From NCBI GenBank assembly GCA_002070275.1, contig MWCY01000007.1, forward strand, positions 3,704 through 67,703: a stretch of 64,000 nucleotides of DNA. Direction: 5' to 3'. The position numbers and the translations under genes were made by a program. Origin of the DNA: Candidatus Hydrogenedentes bacterium ADurb.Bin170. GTDB taxonomy: Bacteria > Hydrogenedentota > Hydrogenedentia > Hydrogenedentales > CAITNO01. Positions 8,999 to 18,134 of this stretch are shown here, in pieces (positions within the stretch are counted from its first letter, which is position 1; each line of letters opens with the position of its first letter). The notes beneath the pieces were generated by a model. That model was not told where the DNA came from. It did not search any database and saw nothing but the letters and a program-made list of their open reading frames with translations.

Positions 8999-10339
8999 GT
9001 GAAAAAAAACGAAAAAAAGATAATTTCCCGTCGCTCTTTTTTAAACAACGCCGGTCTTGCCATGGCAGCTCCATTGATTGTGCCGTCCACAGTTTTTGGC
9101 GCAAAAGCGCATAAAAGCCCGGGAAGCAAAATCACCATTGGAGTCATCGGTTCCGGCGGTCAGGCAAACGGGCTCACAGAAAATGCGATTAAACACAAAA
9201 ACACCCGCATTGTTGCCGTTTGCGATGTTGATCGCAGGCGCCTTGCCGAGGCAAAGTCAAAAGTGGATCATTATTATGATAATGAAGACTGTACTGTCTA
9301 TACAGACTATCGCGAAGTTCTGGCACGGGAAGACATTGATGCCGTTATTGTCGCTACCCCTGATCATTGGCATGCCCTCATTTGTGTAGAAGCCGCACAT
9401 CGGGGGAAAGATATTTATTGCGAAAAGCCCCTAACCTGGTCACTTGGTGAAGGACAGGCCGTTGTCAAAGCGGTTACAGAGAATAAGCGGGTGTTTCAGA
9501 CAGGCAGCATGCAGCGTTCCGGTAAAGATTTTAAAACTGCCTGTGAACTGGTGCGCAATGGATATCTGGGAAAAATTAAGCACATTCTGGTGGCATTGCC
9601 CAATGGCGGCAATGCGCTTTGGGTGGATGAATTCCCGCCTCCTCCTGCGGAATTGGACTGGGAGTTTTATGTGGGTCCTGCAGAATGGGCGCCTTATCAC
9701 GAAAAACGCTGTCATTGGGACTGGCGCTGGTGGATGGGTTTCGGCGGAAGTCAGATGATGGACTGGATCGGTCACCACGGTGATATCGCTCACATGGCTA
9801 TGAATTGGGATCATACAGGACCGGTTCATGTGCAGGGAGTCGCCTGGGAGATGAGCCCTGAAAGAAACAACTTATACAATGCCCCTCAGAAGTACCAGTT
9901 TGAATGCACTTATGCCGACGGAACAACCATGACTGTAGGCAGCTCCGACAAAATGCCCGATTTATTTAAAGAATGTGGAAGTCTGGGCACCATGTTTTTC
10001 GGTGATAATGATCAGTGGCTTTATGTGGACAGAAGCGGTATCAAGGCGAGCGATCCCGAACTGCTTCAAACGCGTCTGGGTGACACTGCTTTCCGCTTCA
10101 GGAAAGGCACGAACCATATGACCGATTTCCTGCAATGTATTGAAAGCCGTGAAGAATGTATTGCTCCGGTTTATGCCGGACACCGCTCTGCATCAATAGG
10201 ACATCTTGGAAAAATTGCCTGCACTTTGAATGTCGGTTTCAATTGGGATCCTGAAAAAGAAGTGATTACAGATAATCCTGCGATGAATGCATTGCTTACC
10301 CGCCAGTACAGAGGCGGCTGGTCTTTGGATGCTGTTTAA
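8999..10339 (+). CDS. Gfo/Idh/MocA-family NAD-dependent oxidoreductase with a twin-arginine (Tat) signal, GH109-like
   Basis: It has a Tat motif (SRRSFLNNAGLAMAAPLIV) followed by a Rossmann GxGxxG stretch (IGVIGSGGQA) and the Gfo/Idh/MocA core (DAVIVATPDHWH, EKP). The likely start is GTG 8999 with an AAGGAAAAG ribosome-binding site. The ORF-track ATG at 8927 is an alternative. Confidence 0.8.
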   Translation: MKKNEKKIISRRSFLNNAGLAMAAPLIVPSTVFGAKAHKSPGSKITIGVIGSGGQANGLTENAIKHKNTRIVAVCDVDRRRLAEAKSKVDHYYDNEDCTVYTDYREVLAREDIDAVIVATPDHWHALICVEAAHRGKDIYCEKPLTWSLGEGQAVVKAVTENKRVFQTGSMQRSGKDFKTACELVRNGYLGKIKHILVALPNGGNALWVDEFPPPPAELDWEFYVGPAEWAPYHEKRCHWDWRWWMGFGGSQMMDWIGHHGDIAHMAMNWDHTGPVHVQGVAWEMSPERNNLYNAPQKYQFECTYADGTTMTVGSSDKMPDLFKECGSLGTMFFGDNDQWLYVDRSGIKASDPELLQTRLGDTAFRFRKGTNHMTDFLQCIESREECIAPVYAGHRSASIGHLGKIACTLNVGFNWDPEKEVITDNPAMNALLTRQYRGGWSLDAV

Positions 10340-10398
10340 TCAGGCGGCTCCGGCTTTTGCATTCTTAACCGAACTTCTGAGCCGCACTATAAGGCAGT

Positions 10399-13300
10399 AT
10401 GTCTTTGTGTAAAAAGAGTTATTTTCTTTTACTGGCTTTTTTCTGCCTCCTGACAGCGGTGCCGTCCGTAAATGCGCTCCCTTCCTATGGCAAAAAGGCG
10501 GTTCCAGTTCCGGCAGGAACGGCACAGCCCTGGGGCAAGCCACTGGCGGGCGGTGCTGTAAAAGTATTGCTGGTTGCCCCGCAGCATACGTTGCAGGACG
10601 CTGCTGAATTAAAGAAACGTCTGGATGTAGACTGCAGGGTCGTTCCTTTATGGGATGCGGAGCATGCCGGTTACGATCCCATCGCCTATGGAACTATTTC
10701 ATCCGCCGAGACGGATGCGGAAGTTTTTTCACGGCTGGAAAAAGAGCTACGGCAGCCCGCTGATGTCCTGATTCTCGCAAATTTTAACATTTCCCTTCTT
10801 CCGGAGCGGATTTTGTCCGAAGTACTGTTTAAAGTTTCGCAAGGTACCGGGCTTCTAACTGCTTTTGACCGATCTCCCGTCGATGGCCCACTGGCTGCTT
10901 TTTTTGACAACCTTCAGGAGGAAGCGGATACAGATTCAATAAGCGGCGGTATAGGCGAATGTGCTTTTCCGGGCGGGCTGGAGCTTCGCCAGATTATTCG
11001 CTCTTATGTGCATGGTAAAGGGAAGATAGTCTGTCTGGATTATCCCGGTGATTTTCCCCGACGAAACGCTCTGGTTCAGTCCCCCGCCGATCCTTATGAC
11101 CTGGAAAGCGCCTGGGAGGAAAATGCCTGGTCTTTTGTCGTTCGTGCCATCTGTTACGCCGCAGGACGGCGTCCTGAAGTCAGAATAGCGCGTATCGAGG
11201 ACGGTGCACCTTCGGGACCTGCTGAAGATGAGATTCCGCCGGATTTTTACCCTGAATTTATTCAGGCCATGAAAGATTCAGCCGTTTCGCAACCCTCCCG
11301 TCCTTTTGTCATTCGCCTTAACAAACCGGCAGATAAAAAATACAATGTGGAATTGCAGATAAGGCGCCCCGGCAGCAGTACCCGCATCACCTATGAAGAG
11401 GCAAATGCTTTTTCCAAAGATTCCGAGTTTCATATTGTTGAAGTGCCTGCCGGTCCGGGACCCTGTTTATTTGATGTCTGGCTGAAAGACCGCAGCGGAA
11501 TTACCGACTGGTTTACGGCGCTTCTGCAGGTGCCCGGCTGGCCTGATTTTTATCAGCTGGAACTTGAGAAACAGTGGCTCATGCCCAATGACTCTTTGGA
11601 TATTTCTGCCAAAGTGCGTCCCTTTGCCAATCAGTCCCGCCAGGCCTGCCTTTATGCCCGGGCTACAGATGGCTTCGAACGGGTTGTCGCGCAGTCTGTG
11701 GAAAGTGTCGGAAGCGACGGCGGCACTGCAACAGTACGGCTCCATTTTACCGATCTTATTTCGCCGCTGATTCGGCTGGAGGTCTATGCGGTCGAAGGCG
11801 GTCCCCGGAGCTTTTCAGAAACAGAGCTGCATTCCGCCTACCGGGAAGTGCGTTTCCTGAGTGTGCGCCAGCGGCTGGAGCCTCCTCAAATGGAACTGGG
11901 CGCTTCCCTGCCGGCACCCTCTGAATATGGCGATCTGTCTCTGCTGAAAATGTTGGCGCAGGAAGGAGTGCGTACCGTTCATGCTCCCGCCGGAGAAAGT
12001 ACGATCATCCGTGTTTCCGAAAAAGGTCTAACGCTGCTGCCTGAACTGGAGCATATCTCCGTTAATGAGGCATTGGATGGAAAGTACAGAGTCCCCTGCC
12101 TGAATGACCCATCCTACCGGATTTCTCTTGAGGAAACGCTCAAAACGGGAACGCTGCGCCATTGGGCGGGAACCCGTGGGCGCTATTCTTTGGGTAACGG
12201 CAATGTACTGTGTGCTACGGAGGAGGCTGTATGTCGGTGCGGATACTGCCTTGAAGCGTGGCATCAGGTGCTTCGGGAGAAGTACACAAGCCTGGAAGCC
12301 TTGAACCGGCAATGGGGAACGCATTTTTCTGAATGGGAGCAGATCGATACCGTCGACGTTCCTCCTGTCAACGAACAGACCCGGACCGTCTCTTACCAGG
12401 TGGATTTCAGCACTTTTATGGACAGTCAGTTTGCCGGATTTCATCAGTGGCTCCATGAGCAGATACGGCTGATTGATGGCTCAGCTGTCGCCGGAGCACG
12501 TTTTTTTTCAGATACCAACCCTTCTCACGGATACTGCTGGCCTGAGTTATGTCGGGCTCTGGATTTTGTCATTGCCGATTACAGCCCCCTTATTCTCGAG
12601 AAAATCGCCTCTTATACCGCACCGGGCAACTGGAACGGTCTGGTGCTGCACCCTTCTGATGCCGGACAAAACGGTGCGGCATTTCTGCAAATTCCCTGGC
12701 AGATGCTGACCCATCAGATTCCTGTCTTGTGGCTTGAAGCCTTGTCAGGCGAAGCAGAAAAAGCAGACGGGAACACCTGGTTTGATGTACAGGGTTCTCT
12801 CTCTGAAGCGTTGACAGCGATAACCCGTACTGTGCGACAGTTACAGGATATGATTGCCCCTCTGATTCTTGCTTCTGAAAAGAAACCTCCTGCAATCGCT
12901 GTCTATGACAGTCACCCTTCCAGGCATCTTCCAAAATCTGTATCCGGGTATAATACTACCTTTCTGGATTCACAAAATGCTGTGTCCGCCTGTTTGCGCC
13001 GGAGCAACCGGGACTTTGCTTTTATTGATAAAGAACGACTGGACGGTTTGAGGCAGGATACGTTTTCCACTCTGATTCTTCCTTTTTGTGTCGCACTGGA
13101 TGATGAAGAAACGGAGGCGATATTTACTTTTGTTGCCCGGGGCGGAACAGTTGCTGCCGACGTGCTTCCCGGAAATTTTGATACGCATGGAGGAAAACGG
13201 CTGAATAACCGTTTTGCATCTCTTTTTGGCGTTGATCAAAAACCGGACAGTCGCCAGTGTACAGAGCTGCTTGTCACTACGGAAGACGTTGAAGGGAGGA

Positions 13301-14064
13301 CACGTGTATCGGGGCAGGTTGAGGCAGATGCGGGTATCACACCCGACCGCGCCGTGGCCCTTGCCAAAGCCGGCGATCTGCCTGTCTGGTTTATCAGCCG
13401 CTGGGAGCAGGGAAATACGCTGCTGCTCAACCATCCATTTCGCATGCCTGTTGGTGACTTCCTGGCGGAAATGGCATGTCTTAATGAATTCATAACTGAC
13501 AGTTCTGCATCCTCACCACAGCAGGTTCCGACCGATCCCGGTTTTCAGGGCATGGTGTACCATTTTCGTTATGATTCAGCGGTCATCTATGTAATACTTG
13601 CCGCACCATCCGCACCGGTGCAGCCACTGCCCCTTCATTTCACGAAAAAAGACAGCGTATATCTGCCTTTAACAGGAACCAGAGTTGCACACCCACACCG
13701 CCTTAAGATCCGCCTGAATGGCGGAGAAAGTTTGGCTCTCGTTCACCTCCCCAAAGACGCGAAGCCCTTAAAAATACATTCAACGGAAACTGCTGCAGAA
13801 GGTCAGCGCCTGGAGATACGTCTGACAAGTGACGGCGCGGAGGAAGACCCGGTAAAAAGACTGATCCTTCTGGATCTTCTTGGTGCTGATCAGACTGTGA
13901 TACCGTGGTATCGGCATGTCGCTGTCCTTGAAAAAGGGCATGGAGCAAGCTATTTTCCCCTGTCATTGAACCAGCAGCCGGGCCGTTATGTGGTACGTGC
14001 CCGGGATCTTCTTACCGGTGCCGTTGTGGAAAAACCCGTCAAAGTCACTTCGATCATCAACTGA
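10399..14064 (+). CDS. large secreted protein with a GH42 (beta-galactosidase)-like catalytic-domain signature
   Basis: 1221 aa with an N-terminal signal peptide. The segment CRCGYCLEAWHQVLREKYTSLEALNRQWGTHFSEWEQI matches the GH42 Cys-cluster / LNxAWGT.FWS region. An N-terminal region is glutamine-amidotransferase-like, resembling the GH42 trimerisation domain. The overall architecture is non-canonical. Confidence 0.5.
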   Translation: MSLCKKSYFLLLAFFCLLTAVPSVNALPSYGKKAVPVPAGTAQPWGKPLAGGAVKVLLVAPQHTLQDAAELKKRLDVDCRVVPLWDAEHAGYDPIAYGTISSAETDAEVFSRLEKELRQPADVLILANFNISLLPERILSEVLFKVSQGTGLLTAFDRSPVDGPLAAFFDNLQEEADTDSISGGIGECAFPGGLELRQIIRSYVHGKGKIVCLDYPGDFPRRNALVQSPADPYDLESAWEENAWSFVVRAICYAAGRRPEVRIARIEDGAPSGPAEDEIPPDFYPEFIQAMKDSAVSQPSRPFVIRLNKPADKKYNVELQIRRPGSSTRITYEEANAFSKDSEFHIVEVPAGPGPCLFDVWLKDRSGITDWFTALLQVPGWPDFYQLELEKQWLMPNDSLDISAKVRPFANQSRQACLYARATDGFERVVAQSVESVGSDGGTATVRLHFTDLISPLIRLEVYAVEGGPRSFSETELHSAYREVRFLSVRQRLEPPQMELGASLPAPSEYGDLSLLKMLAQEGVRTVHAPAGESTIIRVSEKGLTLLPELEHISVNEALDGKYRVPCLNDPSYRISLEETLKTGTLRHWAGTRGRYSLGNGNVLCATEEAVCRCGYCLEAWHQVLREKYTSLEALNRQWGTHFSEWEQIDTVDVPPVNEQTRTVSYQVDFSTFMDSQFAGFHQWLHEQIRLIDGSAVAGARFFSDTNPSHGYCWPELCRALDFVIADYSPLILEKIASYTAPGNWNGLVLHPSDAGQNGAAFLQIPWQMLTHQIPVLWLEALSGEAEKADGNTWFDVQGSLSEALTAITRTVRQLQDMIAPLILASEKKPPAIAVYDSHPSRHLPKSVSGYNTTFLDSQNAVSACLRRSNRDFAFIDKERLDGLRQDTFSTLILPFCVALDDEETEAIFTFVARGGTVAADVLPGNFDTHGGKRLNNRFASLFGVDQKPDSRQCTELLVTTEDVEGRTRVSGQVEADAGITPDRAVALAKAGDLPVWFISRWEQGNTLLLNHPFRMPVGDFLAEMACLNEFITDSSASSPQQVPTDPGFQGMVYHFRYDSAVIYVILAAPSAPVQPLPLHFTKKDSVYLPLTGTRVAHPHRLKIRLNGGESLALVHLPKDAKPLKIHSTETAAEGQRLEIRLTSDGAEEDPVKRLILLDLLGADQTVIPWYRHVAVLEKGHGASYFPLSLNQQPGRYVVRARDLLTGAVVEKPVKVTSIIN

Positions 14065-14072
14065 CGGCGGTG

Positions 14073-15146
14073 TTATTGCGGAGCAATGCCGCCTTTTTTC
14101 CGTCCTCCGGGCCCGGTTCCGGGAATACGACCGATTCGCCTGATCCTCCCTTTCATACAGGCGTGGCAGTCCTCGGCCGCTTCGTCAATACATGCTTTGG
14201 CTGGGTATATTTCGTAGAGGGCTCTGTATTGGGGCGGCGTGAGGTTGGGCATGACAATGTTTGCACCTCTTGATAACCCCAGTTCCCTGCCCAGCGCCGT
14301 GTTAATGGTGGCGAGAGCGGTCGTGCTGGGTATATTGGCTTCGGGGCATATCAACCGGGTCAACGCCACTGTTTTATAGGTCATGCCTTCCGTATTGGGC
14401 ACCTGCTCTCCATCAGGAGCCGATTCCAGTTCGCCACGTCCCAGAGGAGTTTCGGGATGGGCTATAAACGGGCCGACGCCGATCATATCAAGATCGAGAT
14501 CTTGAAACAGCAGAATATCCCGGGCAAGGATGGAATAATTCTGACCGGGAATACCTACCATTACACCACTGCCCGCTTCATACCCTAATTGCTTAAGGCG
14601 TCTCAGGATAGCAGGTCTGTCACTGATCTCCTGTCCTTTCGCAGGCGGATGAATACGCTCGTAAAGCGCTCTGTCGGAAGTTTCAAAACGAAGAAGATAG
14701 CGATCTGCTCCGGCAGTGCGCCACTCGATCAGGTCTTCGTCCGGGCGTTCCCCCAGACTCAGGGTGACAGCGAGGTTAGTTTCCTTTTTAATGGTTTTTA
14801 TGATTTCAGCCAGCCAGTCGCGCTTGATACCGTAGTCTTCTCCTGCCTGAAGTACCACGGTTCCATATTCAAACCCTACAGCCTTGTGCGCACAGGAAAG
14901 AATTTCGTCCCTGGTGAGGCGGTAGCGCTCTACACTGCCATGTCCTGCGCGCAGTCCGCAATAGGCGCAGGCACGGATACAGTAGTTGGAAATTTCGATC
15001 AGACCGCGAAGGTGTACCTGATCTCCCACATGGCGGCGCCGGGTCTCGTCCGCCGCAGCCCATAACAGTTTTAAACGCTCCGGATCTGTTTCGCGGAGCC
15101 ATCCTTCGATTTCTTCCTGACTTTTATGTTGGAGAAAATCAGACAT
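14073..15146 (-). CDS. hydE: [FeFe]-hydrogenase maturase HydE (radical SAM, BioB-like)
   Basis: 357 aa with a CxxxCxxC motif (CIRACAYCGLR) and BioB/HydE-like length. An extra C-terminal Cys pair is present (DCHAC). It sits immediately downstream of hydF. Confidence 0.7.
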   Translation of the reverse strand: MSDFLQHKSQEEIEGWLRETDPERLKLLWAAADETRRRHVGDQVHLRGLIEISNYCIRACAYCGLRAGHGSVERYRLTRDEILSCAHKAVGFEYGTVVLQAGEDYGIKRDWLAEIIKTIKKETNLAVTLSLGERPDEDLIEWRTAGADRYLLRFETSDRALYERIHPPAKGQEISDRPAILRRLKQLGYEAGSGVMVGIPGQNYSILARDILLFQDLDLDMIGVGPFIAHPETPLGRGELESAPDGEQVPNTEGMTYKTVALTRLICPEANIPSTTALATINTALGRELGLSRGANIVMPNLTPPQYRALYEIYPAKACIDEAAEDCHACMKGRIRRIGRIPGTGPGGRKKGGIAPQ

Positions 15147-15199
15147 AAAACTTGTTCATCCTGTGTTTGCAGAGCATTTGCTGAAGATAGACCGTCGGC

Positions 15200-16456
15200 T
15201 TACGCTTCAGTGTTTTTTGCCTTCAAATACAATTTGTGCTTCTCATAGGCCGCCAGTGCATCAGGAAAAGGCTCAAGAGCCCGTTCAAAGATACCGAGAC
15301 TGTACGCAATAGTCAATCCGTAATTAGTAACAGGAATACCTGCTTTCCTGCAACGGAGAAGCCGGTTCAGCATGGCACGGCGATTGGTGACGCAAGCGCC
15401 ACAATGGATAACCAGTTTGTAAGGGCTGAGATCCATTTTGAAGTCATGTCCCTGTACCGAATCAAAGATAAGTTCGCCTTGAACATATTTCATAAGCCAC
15501 TGTGGAATTTTAACACGGCCTATGTCATCTTCTATCGGATGATGGCTGCATGATTCTGCAATCAGCACCCGGTCGCCCGGTTTGAGACTGTCAATAGCCA
15601 GAGCGCCTTCCACCTGAGTAACCAGATCGCCGCGATATCTTGAAAAAAGAATCGAAAAACCCGTCATTGGAATATGAGAAGGGGTATCTGCCGCTACTTT
15701 TAAAAACGCCTGCGAATCCGTTACTACCAGTTTAGGCGGCTCTTTTAATTTGGCGAGTGTAGCCGCAAGCCCCTTGTCTGTTGTCACCAGGCAGGACGCA
15801 TCTCCGTCCAGAAGGTCCCGGATGCTTTGCACCTGAGGCATAATCAATCGCCCTTTAGGCGCTTCTTTATCGATGGGTGTTACCAGTACTGCCAGCTCAC
15901 CGGCGCCCACCAGGTCACGGAGGATCACCGGTTGCTCGACAAAATCCGCTGGTGCACTATCCAATAAGGCCTGCCTGAAGTCACCCAGTCCTTCTCCGGT
16001 AATAGTGCTGAGGCAGAGCGAAGCAATTTTTCTTGCAGAAAGCATGTTCAGAAGTGCCGTATCCGGGCGTTTTATATCTGATTTATTAAAAACGGCAATA
16101 ACGGGTACTTTCCGCTGGTCCAATTCTGAAAAGAGCATCTCTTCATAAGCGCCCCACTCACCTTCCTGGCAAACGATGACACCGAGATCGACCCGCTCGA
16201 AAACAGCCCTGGTTCTTTCTTTCCTGAGTTCGCCCAGGGTGCCCTCGTCGTCGAGCCCTGCCGTGTCGATAAAAAGGACCGGCCCAAGTGGCAGCAACTC
16301 CATCGCTTTTTCTACCGGATCCGTAGTGGTGCCGGCCACAGGAGAAACAATGGACACCTGCTGTGCCGTTACAGCATTGAGCAGACTGGATTTTCCTGCA
16401 TTGCGCCTTCCGAAAAGACCGATATGAAGACGCATCGATTTAGGGGTGCTTCGCAT
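15200..16456 (-). CDS. hydF: [FeFe]-hydrogenase maturation GTPase HydF
   Basis: N-terminal GTPase P-loop (GRRNAGKSSLLNA). C-terminal cluster motif ESCSHHP...(about 46 aa)...HCGAC, as in HydF. An alternative start at 16435 is possible. Confidence 0.85.
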   Translation of the reverse strand: MRSTPKSMRLHIGLFGRRNAGKSSLLNAVTAQQVSIVSPVAGTTTDPVEKAMELLPLGPVLFIDTAGLDDEGTLGELRKERTRAVFERVDLGVIVCQEGEWGAYEEMLFSELDQRKVPVIAVFNKSDIKRPDTALLNMLSARKIASLCLSTITGEGLGDFRQALLDSAPADFVEQPVILRDLVGAGELAVLVTPIDKEAPKGRLIMPQVQSIRDLLDGDASCLVTTDKGLAATLAKLKEPPKLVVTDSQAFLKVAADTPSHIPMTGFSILFSRYRGDLVTQVEGALAIDSLKPGDRVLIAESCSHHPIEDDIGRVKIPQWLMKYVQGELIFDSVQGHDFKMDLSPYKLVIHCGACVTNRRAMLNRLLRCRKAGIPVTNYGLTIAYSLGIFERALEPFPDALAAYEKHKLYLKAKNTEA

Positions 16457-16709
16457 GAGCTCATCTCAATCAGACAGAAACAAATTCTGTCGCAGTTGCA
16501 GATTTGTGTTTTTCGGTGAATTGGACCTGTTTAAAAGCTTATGGTACCATAATAAAATAAAACCGTGTTGCTTCAAAACAGGGCTTCAGAAGTTTTTGCT
16601 TTCCGGTACGCCCTTCCAGGTGTGTAAACAAAATATCAGGCAAAAAAATTTAGCATTCAAAGAAAATTCTTTCCTCTTTTCTCTAAACACAGATCCAAAA
16701 AGGAATTCC

Positions 16710-17354
16710 ATGAAAACGATTGCTCAGATAATCGGTGCTGTTGTTCTTATTGCCGCTCTGGTTCTTGCAGTGCCGGTGATTCATTACTTTCCCATGTACA
16801 ATTTCCGAACCGTCGAAGAAGGGGCGTTTTATGGGTCTCGTCAGATGGGAGGAAAAGCAATGGAGCGAATCATTAAGAAAAGAGGTATAGGCACTGTCAT
16901 CAATCTTCGAGGCGAGCAAACGGATAGTGACTGGTACGATCGGGAAGTAGCCGCATGCAAGCATATGGGGATTCAGCATGTTAATTTCGGATGGTCGAAA
17001 AACAGCATTCCGGAACCGGAATCGCTTGCCGCTTTTCTTGATCTCATGGAAACAGGGCAAAAGCCTTTTCTAGCTCACTGCCAGGGAGGAACGCATAGAA
17101 CCGGTGTTGCCGCCGCCGTTTATCTTCTTTTGAAAGGCGCAGATACAGCAACAGCACGAAAGCAGTTCCGGATCGGTTTTAACGATGCACCCATCGGCGA
17201 ACTGGTAACGCTTTACGAAGGGAGCCCCAAGCCTTTTAAACAGTGGGTTCTCGAGGACTATCCCGCAAAATATGAACAGTGGAAGAAACAGCGGGAGGCA
17301 CAGAAGGAGGCCGCAAAAGTGCCCGCCCTTCTTGCAGCATCTGCGCTGCGCTAG
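16710..17354 (+). CDS. membrane-anchored protein tyrosine / dual-specificity phosphatase-like protein
   Basis: N-terminal transmembrane helix (IIGAVVLIAALVLAV). CX5R active-site loop (HCQGGTHRTG). The start is the ATG at 16710 with an AAAAAGGAA ribosome-binding site. The ORF-track N-terminal extension from 16446 was rejected. Confidence 0.7.
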   Translation: MKTIAQIIGAVVLIAALVLAVPVIHYFPMYNFRTVEEGAFYGSRQMGGKAMERIIKKRGIGTVINLRGEQTDSDWYDREVAACKHMGIQHVNFGWSKNSIPEPESLAAFLDLMETGQKPFLAHCQGGTHRTGVAAAVYLLLKGADTATARKQFRIGFNDAPIGELVTLYEGSPKPFKQWVLEDYPAKYEQWKKQREAQKEAAKVPALLAASALR

Positions 17355-17366
17355 GCGGTGTCTTTT

Positions 17367-18032
17367 TTATGCTATGGGCGTGAGTACGTAAATAATTACG
17401 GCGAAAAAGTGAATGGCGCTGCCACCCATAACGAAGCAGTGCCAAATTGCGTGATTATAAGGAACGCGCTCATTGGCATAGAAAAAGACGCCAAATGTAT
17501 AAAGCAGCCCGCCTGCAAGCATCATCAGTAAACCGCCGACAGGTATATGGGTAATGGCGGGTTTTATGGCGACCAGAACGATCCAGCCCATGGCAACGTA
17601 CATGGCTGTAGAGACTTTATTGAAGCGTCCCGTGAAGAAGGCTTTGAAGGCACAGCCGACACAGGCAATCCCCCATACGACTCCAAAAAGCGCCCAGCCA
17701 GTGGTTCCTCGGAGCGACACCAGCAGAAAGGGTGTGTAGGTGCCGGCAATCAGCAGATAGATGGCACAATGGTCGAATACCCGCAGGACTTTTTTCACAT
17801 TGAAACAGGGCACAGCATGATAGAGGGTCGATGCCGCATAGAGTGCAATCAGCGAACTGCCGAAAACAATAACAGCAACCAGGCTCATACTGTCTTTAAG
17901 TGATACCGCCCGCAGAATCAGCCAAACCAGCCCGGCAACACTCAATCCGAAACCAACGGCATGGGTGCCGCTGTTCATAATTTCTTCCAGTACAGTATAT
18001 TCTTTATGTGTTTTAGTATTCTGAGTTTTCAT
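17367..18032 (-). CDS. hemolysin-III / PAQR-family membrane protein
   Basis: Seven predicted transmembrane segments, with conserved His and Asp residues in the pattern of Hly-III (YqfA-like) proteins. The start was set at the internal MKTQNT (18032). Confidence 0.7.
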   Translation of the reverse strand: MKTQNTKTHKEYTVLEEIMNSGTHAVGFGLSVAGLVWLILRAVSLKDSMSLVAVIVFGSSLIALYAASTLYHAVPCFNVKKVLRVFDHCAIYLLIAGTYTPFLLVSLRGTTGWALFGVVWGIACVGCAFKAFFTGRFNKVSTAMYVAMGWIVLVAIKPAITHIPVGGLLMMLAGGLLYTFGVFFYANERVPYNHAIWHCFVMGGSAIHFFAVIIYVLTPIA

Positions 18033-18134
18033 TGTTTGCTCCGATTCGTTACAGTAAAGTATAGCATACCTGTCGGAAAAAAATCGTCTCACGAACTTGC
18101 GTTCATCAATAAAAGAAAAGGCAGGCAGATTACT

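Noticed and set aside
16446-16709. N-terminal 88-aa extension of the phosphatase ORF
   Set aside because: It reads through the hydF divergent promoter region. A good ribosome-binding site, and the signal/transmembrane start, lie at 16710.
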